Assembly: GCA_040902305.1 (NCBI GenBank)
Contig: JBBDXN010000129.1
Coordinates: 19,061-83,060 of the forward strand
DNA: 64,000 nucleotides
Direction of reading: 5' to 3'
Source: Candidatus Rokuibacteriota bacterium
GTDB taxonomy: Bacteria; Methylomirabilota; Methylomirabilia; Rokubacteriales; CSP1-6
Positions 63,733 through 64,000 of this stretch are shown piece by piece (position 1 is the stretch's first letter; the number at the start of each line of letters is the position of its first letter). The notes under the pieces are model-generated. The model had not been told where the DNA came from, searched no databases, and saw only the letters and a program-made list of their open reading frames with translations. A program made the translations under genes and the position numbers.

Positions 63733-64000
63733 ACTTGCCATGCGGTGCGTTTCATTGCCGCTGCCCCTTCGGCCCCCGCGGGTCTACCGTGTCGGGGAGG
63801 CAGACGTACCGACTGCTCGCCCTGAGGAACTCGCCCATCTGCTTGGCATCCTTCTGCATGTCTGTCATCAGCTGGGAGACTGCCTCCTTGCAGTTTCTCT
63901 CGCCGGTTGTCGCACCATAGGCGCCGAAGGGTGTGTAGGTCGTCCCGGTCCCCAGCCACAACACCCACGCGCATTCCGCATGGGCCGACGTGGCGAACGT

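Noticed and set aside
63752-63964. Minus-strand ORF at the window edge (70 aa, ...CKEAVSQLMTDMQKDAKQMGEFLRASSRYVCLPDTVDPRGPKGQRQ) overlapping ORF 63678-63974
   Set aside because: It could be the 3-prime end of a real gene that continues beyond position 64000. I recognise no family, and the competing frames make it ambiguous. Not called.
1-64000. tRNA and rRNA genes
   Set aside because: Intergenic regions are short and none shows tRNA-like cloverleaf hallmarks (GTTC..A T-loop context with a CCA-proximal acceptor pairing) or rRNA-like conserved stretches. I cannot fully exclude a tRNA without a dedicated scan.

Overview
This is a 64 kb chromosomal segment at about 70% GC from a bacterium I cannot place taxonomically from sequence alone (the composition resembles soil Myxococcota, Rokubacteria or Actinobacteria-like lineages). 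It is densely coding, with about 73 protein-coding genes; I saw no rRNA, tRNA or CRISPR array by eye. Many starts are internal to the supplied six-frame ORFs, and I re-derived them by codon counting from conserved N-termini, ATGA/GTGA stop-start overlaps and Shine-Dalgarno motifs.

Coding content, in order along the window:
- 1-5.1 kb: a GAF-PAS histidine kinase and a LigA/LigB extradiol dioxygenase operon with a cupin.
- 5.5-9.4 kb: an Fe3+/thiamine-type ABC importer.
- 9.4-11.5 kb: a MetE-like methyltransferase and PanE.
- 11.5-16.4 kb: a signalling cluster of a REC-adenylate-cyclase, a CheY-like regulator and an 1139-aa multi-GAF kinase.
- 16.4-22.8 kb: a minus-strand cluster of a redoxin, an acyl-ACP-desaturase-like di-iron protein, two 2-hydroxyacyl-CoA-dehydratase-like proteins and a double BadF/BcrAD-type ATPase activase.
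- 23.8-28.3 kb: assorted enzymes (a HIBADH-family dehydrogenase, an MBL lactonase-like hydrolase, YihY, an aldehyde dehydrogenase).
- 29.3-34.7 kb: a tightly coupled plus-strand stress/lipid operon (BON, bacterioferritin-like protein, DUF6496-like protein, two Cys4 mini-proteins, M48 peptidase, a cardiolipin-synthase-like PLD) followed after a hairpin by a NAPE-PLD-like MBL hydrolase.
- 35.1-38.0 kb: a PRC-barrel protein, an F420/LLM oxidoreductase, an acyl-CoA dehydrogenase and a carboxymuconolactone-decarboxylase-family (AhpD-like) protein.
- 38.2-44.4 kb: two convergent sugar ABC operons without ATPase genes.
- 44.6-50.5 kb: envelope lipoproteins, an OmpA-family protein, a frameshifted ENPP/AP-family gene, trans-aconitate methyltransferase and a dienelactone hydrolase.
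- 51.5-56.8 kb: amidase, alpha/beta hydrolase, NIPSNAP, SDR, upp and TauD.
- 56.9-63.7 kb: a cupin, a BNR propeller, DUF2652-like and LVIVD propeller proteins, a 523-aa orphan, an orphan TAT substrate-binding protein, and a lower-GC RelE/Phd toxin-antitoxin module.

Observations worth a second look:
- A five-copy family of intergenic palindromic hairpin repeats (CCCTCTCCCC-N3-GGGGAGAGGG with CAGGGTGAGGG flanks). Three copies supply the stop codon and C-terminal tail (PLPSGER[AV]G) of the adjacent minus-strand gene.
- The split activase/dehydratase-like radical-enzyme cluster, which has an 83-bp out-of-frame gene overlap.
- Three genes whose conserved N-termini lack any ATG/GTG/TTG start but have an in-frame CTG at or next to the upstream TGA stop, twice in CTGA overlaps.
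- A +/-1 frameshift in the ENPP gene at a gaagaag run.
- An MmgE/PrpD gene reduced by internal deletion to a 119-aa remnant.
- Tandem GAF-module duplication inside the large kinase.
- A 3x15-bp in-frame repeat and a poly-C11 tract.
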